Assembly (NCBI GenBank): GCA_963805625.1
Contig: CAWDVE010000024.1
Coordinates: 96,001 to 160,000, forward strand
Direction of reading: 5' to 3'
DNA: 64,000 nucleotides
DNA from: an uncultured Candidatus Rokubacteria bacterium
Lineage (GTDB): Bacteria > Methylomirabilota > Methylomirabilia > Rokubacteriales > DASRDR01
Positions 43,989 through 54,259 of the stretch are shown one piece after another. Both the position numbers and the translations under genes were made by a program. Below the pieces are notes generated by a model. The model was not told the origin of the DNA and ran no database searches. It worked only from the letters and a program-made list of their open reading frames with translations. Position 1 is the first letter of the stretch. Each line of letters opens with the position of its first letter.

Positions 43989-44450
43989 ATGAAGACCATC
44001 CGACCCGCTGTGTTTGGTCTGGCAGTGCTCCTGTCGATCCCGGCGAGCGCCAGCGCTCAGGCGCTGGACAAGAAGGTTCTGTCGTTTGCGGCAGCCGAGA
44101 AGATTCCGGCGGCGGCGGCCGATGCCGCGCGCGCCCGAGGCGTCGGCGTGGTCATCGCGGTCGTCGACGATGGGGGTCACCTGATCCTGCTCCACCGGCT
44201 CGACGATACTCAGGTGGCGAGCGTCAACGTCGGCATCGGCAAGGCGAGCACGGCGGCGATCTATCGACGGCCGAGCCGAGAGTTCGAGGAGCAGATTCGA
44301 GCGGGCCGGATCGCGGCCTTGGCCCTGGCCGACAGCACGCCGCTGCAAGGGGGAGTGCCGATCCGGCTGGATGGGAAGGTGATCGGGGCGATCGGGGTGA
44401 GTGGTGACACTCCTCAAGTCGACGAAGCGATCGCCATCTCACGATGGTGA
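43989..44450 (+). CDS. GlcG/HbpS family protein, probably C-terminally truncated
   Basis: Strong RBS, signal peptide, IAVVDDGGHL, GKASTAA, GAIGVSG; ends abruptly at DEAIAISRW. Confidence 0.75.
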   Translation: MKTIRPAVFGLAVLLSIPASASAQALDKKVLSFAAAEKIPAAAADAARARGVGVVIAVVDDGGHLILLHRLDDTQVASVNVGIGKASTAAIYRRPSREFEEQIRAGRIAALALADSTPLQGGVPIRLDGKVIGAIGVSGDTPQVDEAIAISRW

Positions 44451-44836
44451 TCGGCTCGACGTGCTGGAAGCCGACCTGTCCCTGCCGGGATGTGGACTTG
44501 CTGCATCACTGCGCAGAGCCGGGTACGGTGCTGAGCGAGGCGGTTCGAGTGACCCGAGGGCGATTCATTGTCATGGAGTCGGTGTCCCGCAACCCCTGGG
44601 AACGGTTCTGGCTTCATCTCCTGGGCGGGGGGCTGAACTTGCACCGGCACGACGGTGGGATGCCAGTGCCCCGGGCCTTCCGGAGCCCCGCCCAGTGGAG
44701 AACCTGGTTCGAGTCGCTCGGGCTTCGTTTGGCCCACGAGCGGTGGCTCGGATGGCGTTGGGAGCGGTTCGTGCACCACCCGTTGCTCTTCGTCCTCGAG
44801 AAGGATGAGGCGAGGCGTGGCCCCGGTCAGGGATGA
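44444..44836 (+). pseudogene. SAM-dependent methyltransferase C-terminal fragment
   Basis: LLHHCAEPGTVLSEAVRVTRGRFIVME; no SAM-binding motif I present. Confidence 0.55.
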
Positions 44837-45339
44837 CCCGCGGCACCCGTGATGGGTAGAAGTCACCTGTCATGGACCGACCTGATCGTGCCTCACCCCG
44901 GCCCGCACTGAGTATGGTTCAGTGGACTCCGGCCGTCCGCCCCTGGTGCCGGCGCCACGCAATGTTCACACATTCGTGACACTCGGGTCGGCAATCTGGG
45001 TTCGACTGCGGTCGAGCGAGGGGCTGCGGCCGGTGAGCTGGGACGAATCGCGAGCTCCGATGGGTGTGTCCAAGTCAGTAGCTCGCCGGTCCGCCCAGTC
45101 AACCGAAGCCCCAGCCCAGGGCTCAAGGCTGGCGGTTGGAGTGATACGGACTTGTGGCATGACCTCGGTGTGCTCGGGTCCCCGGTCGGTTACGGTTCGC
45201 GCCGGCCCGGCTTGTCTTCTGGCTCGACCCGTTGGGTTCCTGGCCTCCGCCTGCCCTGGTCCGTGCCCGAGCGTGCGGGCCACCGCTCGAGTTGTGTCCG
45301 CGAACCGCCCGGTCGGCCCGACGCGTCCAACGCTCTGGC

Positions 45340-46734
45340 ATGAACACCCTGGCCCCGCCCACAGTCGGGCCTACTCGCACCCCACCCAGATCGCCAGTTC
45401 CGATCGACGGGCGCGTGGCGCCGTTCGCCGGTCGGGTTTTCGCGCGCCGCTCGACGTCGCTCGCGCCTCGCATCGTGGTCCTGGGAGGTGGCTTTGCCGG
45501 CATCACCACGGCGCTCGAGCTGGCGAAGCGGTGTACCGGCGTCCTGCCCGTGGACATCACCCTCATCAGCGATCGGAACTTCTTTCTTTTCACGCCGATG
45601 CTGGCCGAGGCGGCGACCGGGGCGGTGGAGACGCGGCACGTCCTCCATCCGATCCGTCCCCTCTGCACCGCCGAGGGGATCGAGTTCGGCGAGATGCGGG
45701 TCGAGGCGGTCGACCTCGCCCGGCGCCGGGTGACGGTGCGCCATAGCCGATCGCGCGCCCACCAGGAGATCCGTTACGATCGGCTCGTGCTGGCCCTCGG
45801 CGCCGCCCCGAATGTCGGCATGGCACCGGGCGCGGCGGAGCATGCCCTCACCTTCAAGGGGGCCGGCGACGCGGTCCAGATCCGGAACCGGGTGATCGAT
45901 CTCTTCGAAGCCGCGGCTTTGGTGGACGACCCGTGGGCGCGGCGACGTCTGCTCACCTTCGTCGTGGTCGGGGCGGGCCACGCGGGCACGGAGCTGATGG
46001 CGGCCCTCGAGGAGCTCACTCGCGGGATCCTTCTGCGTCACTACCCCTCCATCCCGGCGGACGCCGTGCGCCTGGTCCTGGTCGGGGGCGCGATCCTGCC
46101 CCAGACGGCGACCAACCTTGCGGCCTACGCCAAGGAGCAACTGCTCGGGCGAGCCATCGAGCTCGAGACAGCCCGGGCCGCCAAGGTCTCGGCGGACGGA
46201 CTCGAACTCCAAGACGGCCGGCTGATCACGAGCCACTGTGTCATCTGGACGGCCGGGAACCGAGTGAACACCGTGGTGACGGCGCTTCCGGCCGCCAAGG
46301 CGAAGGACGGGCGGCTGCTCGTGAACGAGTTCTTCGAGGTGCAGGGGACTCCCGGGGTGTACGCACTGGGCGACAACGCGGCACAGCCCGACACCCATAC
46401 CGGGGAGCCCTATGTCGCCACCGCGCAGGTGGCCCTCCGGCAGGGTCGAGCCCTCGCGGCTCAGATCGAGGCAGACCTGACCGGACGGGCGCGCCGCCCG
46501 TTCCGCTTCAAGCTGCTCGGCGAGATGGTGCCGCTCAGCCGACGGACAGCCGTCGCCGACCTCATGGGATGGAAGCTCACCGGGTTTCCCGCGTGGTTCC
46601 TCTGGAAGACGGTCTACATGCTCAAGCTGCCGACTCTGGCGACGCGCGTGCGCGTGGTCTTGGACTGGACGGTGGAGCTGTTCTTCGAGCGCGATGTGTC
46701 CGAGCTGACCGTCGATGAGAAAGCAGGAGCCTGA
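45340..46734 (+). CDS. Type II NADH dehydrogenase-like FAD oxidoreductase (second paralogue)
   Basis: IVVLGGGFAG, LFTPML, GAGHAGTE, WTAG, ALGD, TAQVA. Confidence 0.88.
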   Translation: MNTLAPPTVGPTRTPPRSPVPIDGRVAPFAGRVFARRSTSLAPRIVVLGGGFAGITTALELAKRCTGVLPVDITLISDRNFFLFTPMLAEAATGAVETRHVLHPIRPLCTAEGIEFGEMRVEAVDLARRRVTVRHSRSRAHQEIRYDRLVLALGAAPNVGMAPGAAEHALTFKGAGDAVQIRNRVIDLFEAAALVDDPWARRRLLTFVVVGAGHAGTELMAALEELTRGILLRHYPSIPADAVRLVLVGGAILPQTATNLAAYAKEQLLGRAIELETARAAKVSADGLELQDGRLITSHCVIWTAGNRVNTVVTALPAAKAKDGRLLVNEFFEVQGTPGVYALGDNAAQPDTHTGEPYVATAQVALRQGRALAAQIEADLTGRARRPFRFKLLGEMVPLSRRTAVADLMGWKLTGFPAWFLWKTVYMLKLPTLATRVRVVLDWTVELFFERDVSELTVDEKAGA

Positions 46735-48151
46735 AATGATGGAGCGAGCAGGGGCGACGGCATCCCCGCGCGCGCGGCGGCTGCCCCTCTGGCGACGCCT
46801 TGGCTGGCGGCTTGGAGCCGCCTTCCTCGCCGTGACGGCGGTGGCGATCCTCGTCGGTGGCGGGCTCCAGTACCGCGCCCAGGCGGCTGGCATCCGTGAC
46901 TCGCTGGGGGCGCTCCTGCTCAACATCGCGCGGACCGGCGCCCTTCTGGTCGATCCCGCGCTCCACCTCGAGGTCCAGCTCACGCGAACGACGGACTCGG
47001 AGGCGTACCGGTACCTGCGCCGGATGCTGGCAGCCATCCAGGACGCCAACCAGGTGGAGACGCCGATCTACACGCTGAGCGACTACGAGCCGTCCGCGCG
47101 CCGCGCCCGCTTCGTCGTGACCAGCCGGGGTCCGGGCCTGCCCGGCGAGCCGTACCCGCTCGTGCCGGAACTGATCCCCGCCCTGGAGCGGACCTTCGGC
47201 GAAGGCGTGCCGAGCACGACGCCGATCTACCGCAACCAGAGCGGGACCTGGCTGACGGCCTTCGCGCCGGTGAAGGGCGCGGACGGCCAGACTATCGCCG
47301 TCCTGGAGGTGGACTACAAGGTGGACGTCTACCTGACCCAGCTGGCGGCGGCGCGCCGGCGTCTCCTCTGGCACCTTCTGGCGGGCGGCGGCCTCGCGGC
47401 GGTGGCCGGTGTCCTCGTTGCGAGGCGGATCACCGGGCCGGTGGGCCAGCTGTCGGCGCTTGCGCGGAGCGTCGTGGAGGGGGACCTGACCGCCCGGGCC
47501 CACGTACGCTCGCGCGACGAGGTCGGGATGCTGGGCAACGTGTTTCACCTGATGGTCGAGCGGCTTGCCGTCTCCAACCGCAGTATGGTGGATGTCCTGG
47601 TTCGCGCCCTCGACGCCCGCAGCGGCGAGCCCGGGGCGCTCGGACGCGTGTCCGCCGCCGCGCAGGAGCTGGCGGCGCCCCTCGGCCTTTCCGCCGCCCA
47701 GCGGGAAGCGCTCGAGCTCGGAGCCCTGCTCCACGACATCGGCGAGATCCGGACCCCCGAGGCGGTGCTGCGAAAGCTAGGTTCGCTCGACCCGGACGAG
47801 CGCCGAGTGGTCGAGCAGCATCCCGTGGCGGGGGTCGAAATCTTGGAGTCGGTCCCGCTCCTGACCCCCGCGCTCGACGTCGTCGGGGCGCACCACGAGC
47901 GGTGGGACGGGAGCGGGTACCCGCGGGGACTGCGCGAGGACGGAATTCCGCTCGCGGCGCGCATCTTCGCGGTAGTCGACGCACTCGACGCCATGACCCA
48001 CGTCCGGCCGCACCGGGACGCCCGCACGGTCGGGGAGGCGCTCATCGTCGTGCGTGAGGAGGCCGGGAAGCAGTTCGACCCCCGCATCGCTGAGCTGGCA
48101 CTGGCGATGCCCGCCACCCGGTGGGCGGAGCTCCTGGGCGCGGCCCCCTGA
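46715..48151 (+). CDS. Membrane sensor with HAMP and HD-GYP domains
   Basis: Two TM helices, HAMP (P..L..GDL..RDEVG.L..F..M), LLHDIG, HHERWDGSGYP, GKQFDP. Confidence 0.9.
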   Translation: MRKQEPEMMERAGATASPRARRLPLWRRLGWRLGAAFLAVTAVAILVGGGLQYRAQAAGIRDSLGALLLNIARTGALLVDPALHLEVQLTRTTDSEAYRYLRRMLAAIQDANQVETPIYTLSDYEPSARRARFVVTSRGPGLPGEPYPLVPELIPALERTFGEGVPSTTPIYRNQSGTWLTAFAPVKGADGQTIAVLEVDYKVDVYLTQLAAARRRLLWHLLAGGGLAAVAGVLVARRITGPVGQLSALARSVVEGDLTARAHVRSRDEVGMLGNVFHLMVERLAVSNRSMVDVLVRALDARSGEPGALGRVSAAAQELAAPLGLSAAQREALELGALLHDIGEIRTPEAVLRKLGSLDPDERRVVEQHPVAGVEILESVPLLTPALDVVGAHHERWDGSGYPRGLREDGIPLAARIFAVVDALDAMTHVRPHRDARTVGEALIVVREEAGKQFDPRIAELALAMPATRWAELLGAAP

Positions 48152-48529
48152 TCACGGGTCCGTCCACAGCCACATGGAGGTGACGCGGTGACCGACGAGA
48201 CGACGAGCAGACTCGACCAGCTCTGCGGTTGAACGAGGTGCTCCGCAAAGGGGCGAAGCCGTGGCCTGCGTTCTCCGGCGGTCTGGATCGCATCGACGTG
48301 GTCGATGGCCCGGCACTCCCCGGATCACACAGCGTCTCGGACCCTGTTTCCCCGGAGAACGGTGTACCTCGACCCTATTGGCTCAGCGGCTGCCCTCTCC
48401 GCGACGCGCTGGCCGCCAGGAAGGCCGCCCACGAATCCTCCGGGCCCTACGGGTGGCATGATCGGCAGCCTGCCAGATCGGTGTGGCGGCGATCGACGCG
48501 GCCGCGGCTGCGGCCTGGGAGACTCGTCG

Positions 48530-48922
48530 ATGATACGTAGGACGGCACTGCTCGTGTGTGTGTTCCTGGCGGGGATCAGCGTTGGACGCGCCGCCGGCCA
48601 GGGCAGCTCGGCTCCACGCCCGCCTCGCATGTGGGCTGATCGGATCCTGGACATTGCGACCGAGGAGATCCCGCGGCGGGCCCGGGTGTGGACGAGCTCT
48701 GATCATTGGGATCCCGGCGCCGAGACGGGGCGCCACACGCACCCCGGGCCCACGGTCTTCGTCCTGCTGGAAGGTGAGCTGGAGGAGACCCTCGCCGACG
48801 GGCGGACCCGGACGCTGAAGGCGGGGCAGGGGTACTGGAAACCGGCGCGCACGGAGCACAACGTGCGCAACCTTGGCGACAAGCCCGCCCACGCGCTGGC
48901 GGTCCACCTGGACCCCCGGTGA
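48530..48922 (+). CDS. Secreted cupin domain protein
   Basis: Signal peptide; HTHPG..LEGEL..H(NVRN). Confidence 0.85.
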   Translation: MIRRTALLVCVFLAGISVGRAAGQGSSAPRPPRMWADRILDIATEEIPRRARVWTSSDHWDPGAETGRHTHPGPTVFVLLEGELEETLADGRTRTLKAGQGYWKPARTEHNVRNLGDKPAHALAVHLDPR

Positions 48923-49017
48923 TCGTGCGCCGGGCGGCCCGACCGTGAGCCGGCCAGGATACAATCGGGGGCCGGACCGGCTTCAGGCCGACCCCGGGAC
49001 CCCCACGTGAGGAGACC

Positions 49018-49701
49018 GTGCAAGACGGCGGCGTCGCCCTGATCATCCCGGCGCTCGACGAGGAGGCCGCGATCCCGGCCGTCCTGCGCGCGGTGCCGCC
49101 GGGTCTCGTGGACGATCTCGTGGTCGTGGACAATGGATCCACCGACCGCACGGCGGCCGTTGCCCGCGCGGCCGGGGCACGGGTCGTCGCGGAGCCGCGT
49201 CGGGGCTACGGCGCGGCGTGCTGGGCTGGTGTCGAGGCGCTCGCCCCGGGAATCGCGGTAGTCGCATTCCTGGACGGTGACGGGAGCCAGGACCCGGGCG
49301 AGTTGCCGCGGCTCCTGTCGCCGCTTCGGGCGCGGAGCGCCGACCTGGTGCTCGGCGCCCGTACGTTCCCGCGCGGGTCGGGGCATCCCTGGCATGCCAT
49401 CCTGGGCACGCGCGCCGTGGCCCTGGTGCTCCGCTGGCGGTTCGGGGTGCGTCTCCGCGACCTCGGACCGTTCCGCGCCATCCGGCGCGACGCCCTGCTC
49501 GCGCTCGAGTTGCGCGATCGCGGCTCCGGCTGGCCCGTCGAGATGGTGGCCCGCGCCGCCCGCCGGGGCCTCCGCATCGCCGAGGTCGAGGTGACGCAGC
49601 GCCCGCGGCTGGCCGGGCGTTCGAAGGTCGCCGGCAGGCTGGGTGCCAGCCTGCACGCCGGGTGGCGATTCATGCGCGTGGCCTTGCGCGAGGGCCGATG
49701 A
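49018..49701 (+). CDS. Glycosyltransferase family 2 (DPM-synthase-like)
   Basis: IIPALDEE, VDNGSTD, GYGAAC, FLDGDGS, DLGPFRAI, GWPVEM. Confidence 0.9.
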   Translation: MQDGGVALIIPALDEEAAIPAVLRAVPPGLVDDLVVVDNGSTDRTAAVARAAGARVVAEPRRGYGAACWAGVEALAPGIAVVAFLDGDGSQDPGELPRLLSPLRARSADLVLGARTFPRGSGHPWHAILGTRAVALVLRWRFGVRLRDLGPFRAIRRDALLALELRDRGSGWPVEMVARAARRGLRIAEVEVTQRPRLAGRSKVAGRLGASLHAGWRFMRVALREGR

Positions 49702-50375
49702 GGATCCCGGTCGCGGTCATGGCGAAGGTGCCGGCAGCCGGGGAGGTCAAGACACGCCTCTGTCCGCCCCTCACGCCGGCCCAGGCGGCTGGCCTCGCGC
49801 GCTGCTTCCTCCAGGACCGGATCGCACAGCTCCGTGAGATCCCGACGGTCGCGCCCGTCGTGGCCTTCACGCCCCCGGAGCGCGAGCCGGAGCTTCGCGC
49901 GCTCCTGCCCGACGGCGTGCGGCTGATCCCGCAGCAGGGCGCCGATCTGGGGGCGCGGCTCGACCGGCTCCTGACGGATCTCATCGCCGAAGGCGCCGTC
50001 GGAGCCATCGCCGTGGACGCCGACAGCCCGACGCTCCCCACCGCGTTCGTCCGCCGGGCGGGCGTGCACCTCGCCGAGCGCGAGGCCGACGTGGTGCTTG
50101 GCCCCTGCGACGACGGCGGCTACTACCTGATCGGCCTCCGGCAGGCCGCCCCGGAACTCTTCCGGGAGATGCCGTGGAGCACGCCCGCCGTGCTCGACGA
50201 GACGGTGGCCCGCGTCCGTCGGGTGGGCCTCCGCCTCGCGCTCCTCCCACCGTGGTTCGACGTCGACCGTGGCGCGGACCTGGAGCGCCTCCGCGCGAGC
50301 GCGCACGGGCCTGGCGCCCACCAGCCCGCCCGAACGCTCGCGTTCCTTGCGCGAGAGCTCGCATGGGCCCTTTGA
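49698..50375 (+). CDS. DUF2064/TIGR04282-type CofC-like transferase
   Basis: [51 protein letters not shown]. Confidence 0.88.
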   Translation: MRIPVAVMAKVPAAGEVKTRLCPPLTPAQAAGLARCFLQDRIAQLREIPTVAPVVAFTPPEREPELRALLPDGVRLIPQQGADLGARLDRLLTDLIAEGAVGAIAVDADSPTLPTAFVRRAGVHLAEREADVVLGPCDDGGYYLIGLRQAAPELFREMPWSTPAVLDETVARVRRVGLRLALLPPWFDVDRGADLERLRASAHGPGAHQPARTLAFLARELAWAL

Positions 50376-51652
50376 TCCTGGCCGGCACCACGCTGGCCGC
50401 GGCGTTCGGTGGAATGCTCTGGCTCGGCGACCTCTTCCACGCCGTCGGATGGTTCGTCGTCCTGTTCGGGCTGGCGAGCGTGGCCTATGCCGTGGCCGTC
50501 GGCTGGGTGCTCCACCGGCCTCCCGCGAGCCTCCAGGCGTTGGGCGTGATTCTAGGTGCCGCCGTCCTCTTCCGCCTGCTGCTGCTGGCGAGCGCTCCGA
50601 CGCTCTCGACGGACCTCTATCGCTATCTCTGGGACGGCAGGCTGGCGATCGCCGGCGTGAGCCCGTACCGTCACCCGGCGAACGCGCCCGAGGTAGCCGG
50701 GTTCCGTGACGCGCTCGTGTATCCACGCTTGAACCACGTCGAGTGGCGCACGATCTATCCTCCCGGCGCGCAGCTCGTCTTCGCTGCGGTCGTGGGGTTT
50801 TGGCCCTCGAGCGTGATCGGGATGAAGCTCGTGATTCTCGTGGTCGATCTCCTGACCATCGGCCTGCTCCTCGGCTGGCTCCGGGCGCTTGGCCGTCCGG
50901 CGGCGTGGGTACTCGTCTACGCCTGGCATCCGTTGGTCGTCGTCGAGTTCGCGGGAAGCGGCCATCTCGACGCGCTCGTGCTAGCTACGACGATCGGGGC
51001 GCTTTGGGCTGCCGCACGGGGGCGTCTGCTCGCGGCAGGTGCGCTCGTTGGCGTCGGCGCCCTCGTGAAACTGTATCCGCTGCTCCTGCTTCCCGCCATC
51101 TGGGGGAGACAGCGGACGCGCGTGCTGGCGGTGGGGCTCGGCGTCGTGGCCGCGGGTTACGCACTCTACTGGCGCGAGGGCGTTGCGGTCTTCGGGTCGC
51201 TCGGGCGATACGTGGCCGAGGAGGAGTTCAACGGCACCCTGCGCGCGATGCTCGAGCTCGGGCTCGCACCCCTGGGGGGGGCCGGCCTTATGGTGGCGCG
51301 TCTTCTCCCTCTGCTCGGGCTCGCCGGACTGGCGCTCGCGGTCGGCTGCGGGACGGCGCCGGCGGAGCGGCGCGCCCGCTGGCTGGTGGGTGGCTACCTT
51401 CTGACCACACCGAACCTCTTTCCGTGGTACGCGCTGTGGATGGTGCCGCTTCAGGCCGCCGCGCCGGCGTGGCCCTGGCTCTACTTGACCTGTGCGGTCG
51501 CCCTGACCTATCTCTCGTTCGCTCAGCCGATCTGGCATATTCCAGTCTGGGTCATCGCCGTGCAGTGGGTTCCCTTTGCGCTCGGGCTGGCTTGGGCGGC
51601 CCGGCCCCGCGATACCGCGCCGAGCGACGTCCTCTGGAGGCCATCCTCGTGA
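50363..51652 (+). CDS. GT87/DUF2029-like polytopic membrane glycosyltransferase (GT-C)
   Basis: STDLYRYLWDG, TIYPP, YAWHPLVVVEFAGSGHLD, PWYALW. Confidence 0.85.
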   Translation: MGPLILAGTTLAAAFGGMLWLGDLFHAVGWFVVLFGLASVAYAVAVGWVLHRPPASLQALGVILGAAVLFRLLLLASAPTLSTDLYRYLWDGRLAIAGVSPYRHPANAPEVAGFRDALVYPRLNHVEWRTIYPPGAQLVFAAVVGFWPSSVIGMKLVILVVDLLTIGLLLGWLRALGRPAAWVLVYAWHPLVVVEFAGSGHLDALVLATTIGALWAAARGRLLAAGALVGVGALVKLYPLLLLPAIWGRQRTRVLAVGLGVVAAGYALYWREGVAVFGSLGRYVAEEEFNGTLRAMLELGLAPLGGAGLMVARLLPLLGLAGLALAVGCGTAPAERRARWLVGGYLLTTPNLFPWYALWMVPLQAAAPAWPWLYLTCAVALTYLSFAQPIWHIPVWVIAVQWVPFALGLAWAARPRDTAPSDVLWRPSS

Positions 51653-52194
51653 GTCTGGCCGACGTGCCCTGGCAGACGCGCTCGAGTCGCGTGGTCTACC
51701 AGAACCCCTGGATCCAAGTCGACGAAAACCAGGTCGAGCTGCCGGATGGGCGCACGACGGTGTATGGCGTCGTCCGGTGCGGCGAGTGCGTCGGCGTGCT
51801 TCCGTTTCTCGACGCGGAGACCGTAGTCCTGATCCGCCAGTATCGGTATGTCGCGCGCGGCGTCTACTGGGAGATGCCGACCGGTGGAGTCCATCCAGGT
51901 GAGAGTCTCGAGGTCGCCGCCCAGCGGGAGCTCGGCGAGGAGATCGGGTATCAGGCGGCCCGCCTCACGCCGCTCGTGTCCTACCATACGTCCAAGAGCG
52001 TGGTCGACGAGGTCGCACACCTCTTCTACGGCGAGGCGCTCACGCCGGTTGTCACTCCGGGTGATTCGACCGAGTTCATCGAGGTACGGCCCGTGCCGTT
52101 CGCGGAGGCGCTCCGGCTGGTGGAGTCGGGAGAGATCATGGACAGCATGACGGTCATCGCGGTCCTGCACGCAGCCAGGCGGCTTGGGCGGTGA
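51649..52194 (+). CDS. NUDIX hydrolase (ADP-ribose pyrophosphatase-like)
   Basis: Nudix box GGVHPGESLEVAAQRELGEEIG; RQYRY; GTGA overlaps on both sides. Confidence 0.92.
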   Translation: MSLADVPWQTRSSRVVYQNPWIQVDENQVELPDGRTTVYGVVRCGECVGVLPFLDAETVVLIRQYRYVARGVYWEMPTGGVHPGESLEVAAQRELGEEIGYQAARLTPLVSYHTSKSVVDEVAHLFYGEALTPVVTPGDSTEFIEVRPVPFAEALRLVESGEIMDSMTVIAVLHAARRLGR

Positions 52195-53195
52195 GCGACC
52201 CGGGACCGGCCGCGCCCCCACCGCTCCCTCGGTCGCTCTACGTCGAGACGACGAGCCGGTGCAACTCGCTCTGCGAGACGTGCATCCTGACCTTCGGCGG
52301 TCGGGAGGCGCCGAAGGATCTCGGCTACCCGGAGTTCCGTCGGATCGTGGACCAGTTCCCGGTGCTCGAGCGGGTCGTCCTCCACGGGATCGGCGAACCC
52401 CTCCTCAACCGCGAGCTGCCCGCGATGATCGAGCACGCGAAGGCGCGCGGCGCGCAGGTCCTGTTCAACACGAACGCCATCACGCTGAATGGCCGGTGGC
52501 CCGCCGCGCTCGTGAACGCGGGACTCGACGAGATCCGCGTCTCCCTCGATGGCTCGACCGCCGAGACATACCGCCGGGTCCGCGGCGTCGACGCGTTCGA
52601 CAAGGTCCTCGACAACCTCGAGGCGTTTGCCGCATATCGGCGGGCGCGCGGTGTGACACACCCGCAGGTGTCACTCTGGTTCACCGGCATGCAGGACACC
52701 CTCCACGAGCTGCCCGGGCTCGTCCCGATCGCCGTGCGGGCGGGTGCGGCCGGGATCCATCTTCAGCGGCTGGTCTACTACGGGCAGGGTCTGGCCGTGA
52801 AGCCGCAGGCGCTGTTCGGCCGGGCCACGGTGGAGCATGAGCGCGTGATACGCGAGACGGGAGTCGCCGCCGCGGCCGCCGGCGTGGCCTTCTCCGCCTC
52901 CGGCGCCACCGCGCCCGAGGTCAGCCTGACGCCACACGGCGTCTCGACTCGCCCCTGGAGCCACTGCCGACGACCCTGGACGCTGGTCTACGTGACCGTG
53001 CACGGGAACGTGCTGCCGTGCTGCATCTCTCCGTTCGTGGCCGATCCGTACGAGGGCATCGTCCTCGGGAATCTCTTCGAGCAGACCCTGGAGGCGATTT
53101 GGGGGGGGGACGGCTATGCGGCCTTCCGGGGGGCGCTCCTGACGGAATCACCGCCCCAGCCGTGCCGTGGGTGCGGCGTATTCTGGAGCCTCTAG
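52191..53195 (+). CDS. Radical SAM protein with SPASM/twitch domain
   Basis: CNSLCETC, GIGEP, C-terminal CRRPW..G.VLPCC..GNL..CRGC. Confidence 0.92.
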   Translation: MSDPGPAAPPPLPRSLYVETTSRCNSLCETCILTFGGREAPKDLGYPEFRRIVDQFPVLERVVLHGIGEPLLNRELPAMIEHAKARGAQVLFNTNAITLNGRWPAALVNAGLDEIRVSLDGSTAETYRRVRGVDAFDKVLDNLEAFAAYRRARGVTHPQVSLWFTGMQDTLHELPGLVPIAVRAGAAGIHLQRLVYYGQGLAVKPQALFGRATVEHERVIRETGVAAAAAGVAFSASGATAPEVSLTPHGVSTRPWSHCRRPWTLVYVTVHGNVLPCCISPFVADPYEGIVLGNLFEQTLEAIWGGDGYAAFRGALLTESPPQPCRGCGVFWSL

Positions 53196-53202
53196 TGGCC
53201 GA

Positions 53203-54207
53203 CTACCGAGCCGAGACGACGGTCGTGCATGCGCTCCCGAGCTTCGGGAGGTCGGCGCCCGCCGCGGGCTCCCAGTCGATGACGAGACGGTCGCCGCGAG
53301 CGAACGGACAGTAGGGGTCAGGCTCCCCCAGGCGGCCGAGCACCGCGCGACGGCCTGCGCACCCGCCTTGACAGGGGCAGCCGGCGCAGGCGGCCGGCCG
53401 TTCGGTCGCCTGCCGGAACTCCGGAGCGCTCGTGATGTCGTCGCCGAGCGCATCCAGGTCCGCGAGCGTGAGCCGGCTCGCCGGCCAGTAGGTGCAGGGG
53501 AGGATCCGACCGTCCGGCGCGAGCCGGATCGTCGAGCGCCCGCAGCCCGGACCCGTGAAGCCCGGGACGCCCAGGACCCCGGCCAGGACCGGCTCGGTGG
53601 TGGCGACCAGACGCGTCGCCCCGAGCAGGCGCCGGAATCCCTCCCAGAACTCGGTGTAGCTGAGCGAGAAGCGGTCGGTCTTCGAGGGCTGGTAGATGTT
53701 GACGCGCAGGTTGGCGCCCCGTCCGGCGGCCACGCGTGCGAGTGCGGGCAGGTGGTCGACGTTGATCTTCATCATGACCGCCGTCACGGTCACGGGCACG
53801 CCGAGCCCCGCGCAGCGCTCCATCGCGGTCTCGACCGTGCGCCAGTTGCCGGCCCCCCGGAAGGCGTCGTGCTCGCGCTCCGTGGGGAAGTCGAGCGAGA
53901 ACTCGACGCCGTGGAACCGCTTGACGGCGGCGTCGGGGAGGGCCTGGATGCTGAGGCCGTTGGAGGTGATGCTCGTCTTGATCCCGTGCGCCCACACGAG
54001 CTCCAGGATCGCCTCGTAGTCCGGATGCAGGCCGTTTTCGCCGACCCCCAGATTCAACGATCGGATCGGGATGCGCTCCACCACACGCCGGACGTCCGCC
54101 AGGGTCAGGCGGGCGATGACCGCGTCCGGCCGGTAGCAGTGTGCGCAGCGCAGGTCGCACTCGTTGGTGAGGCCGATGCCCACCGAGAAGGCCATGTGTG
54201 CCCTCAC
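53203..54207 (-). CDS. Radical SAM protein with SPASM domain
   Basis: CDLRCAHC; C-terminal GCG..DG.ILPC..CAGCPCQGGC..YC. Confidence 0.92.
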   Translation of the reverse strand: MRAHMAFSVGIGLTNECDLRCAHCYRPDAVIARLTLADVRRVVERIPIRSLNLGVGENGLHPDYEAILELVWAHGIKTSITSNGLSIQALPDAAVKRFHGVEFSLDFPTEREHDAFRGAGNWRTVETAMERCAGLGVPVTVTAVMMKINVDHLPALARVAAGRGANLRVNIYQPSKTDRFSLSYTEFWEGFRRLLGATRLVATTEPVLAGVLGVPGFTGPGCGRSTIRLAPDGRILPCTYWPASRLTLADLDALGDDITSAPEFRQATERPAACAGCPCQGGCAGRRAVLGRLGEPDPYCPFARGDRLVIDWEPAAGADLPKLGSACTTVVSAR

Positions 54208-54259
54208 CCGATCTCGCCGAGGGGCCGTCGGGACGCCGGTGGTCGGGCGTCAGTCAAGC

